A stretch of DNA of 64,000 bases from Marsupella aquatica (Eukaryota; Plantae; Marchantiophyta): the NCBI GenBank assembly GCA_973895155.1, contig OZ316892.1, positions 22,047,068-22,111,067 on the forward strand, given 5' to 3'. This document shows, one piece after another, positions 63,561 through 64,000 of this stretch. The position numbers were made by a program, and so were the translations under genes. Positions within the stretch are counted from its first letter, which is position 1, and each line of letters starts with the position of its first letter. Under the pieces are notes generated by a model that was not told the origin of the DNA, searched no databases, and was given only the letters and a program-made list of their open reading frames with translations.

Positions 63561-64000
63561 GTCTATGGCATGCGTAACCGGGATTGGTCATCTCCTAAGA
63601 CTTGCTCCACTGGTTGCAAGATCCGAACCAGTTTGCGAAACTTAAATTTTATCCAACGAAATTGCTTCTCTACCCATGACGTATTTTCCAGGTGCGTTCA
63701 TTCGTTAAAGCACATGCATGTTGTGCATATCAGAATTACAATGAAGAGGCGTGAATCGGAAAATATTCATCAGAGAAAATAGTAAATTAGAGTCTAGGGT
63801 AGCAGTTGTCTGCATTTTCAGAATATTGGCTGATTGGGGGCATACAGGCTGACACGTACTCAATTGTATAGGCCGGGATATAGCCACAACTTCCGGGAAA
63901 GGCTGACGCAGATGGATACACATATATGCATTAATGTAATGAATAGTACTTCGGACCATAAATTCAATGTTACTCCCCACAGGACGCCGAGAGGGAGGCC

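Overview
Plant-type, repeat-dense DNA made of nested transposons with no clearly intact host gene. Spliceosomal introns, TTTAGGG repeats, a non-chromovirus Ty3 element and a Sola1-like transposase suggest a non-seed land plant such as a bryophyte (inference). Main contents: (1) A young, full-length Ty3/gypsy element (19236-34771, minus strand, TSD ACAGG). Its 4656-bp LTRs each contain a ~3.6-kb protein-coding ORF, and a -1 frameshift/pseudoknot signal lies between gag-protease and RT. (2) Solo and partial LTRs of this family and of a second family (B) whose LTR carries a homologous gene. (3) Several CACTA elements nested in each other, one carrying a SET-domain exon that is splice-compatible with the first transposase exon. 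(4) A cluster at 50.3-56.3 kb: an EDM2/NSD-type PHD remnant, an intron-containing bacterial-type (beta-class) N4-cytosine/N6-adenine DNA methyltransferase pseudogene cut off by telomeric repeats, and a Sola1-like transposase. (5) MITEs with 4-bp and 8-bp TSDs, F-box-like ORFs and a RAD5/16-type SNF2-RING pseudogene. All calls were made by eye; no database searches were run.
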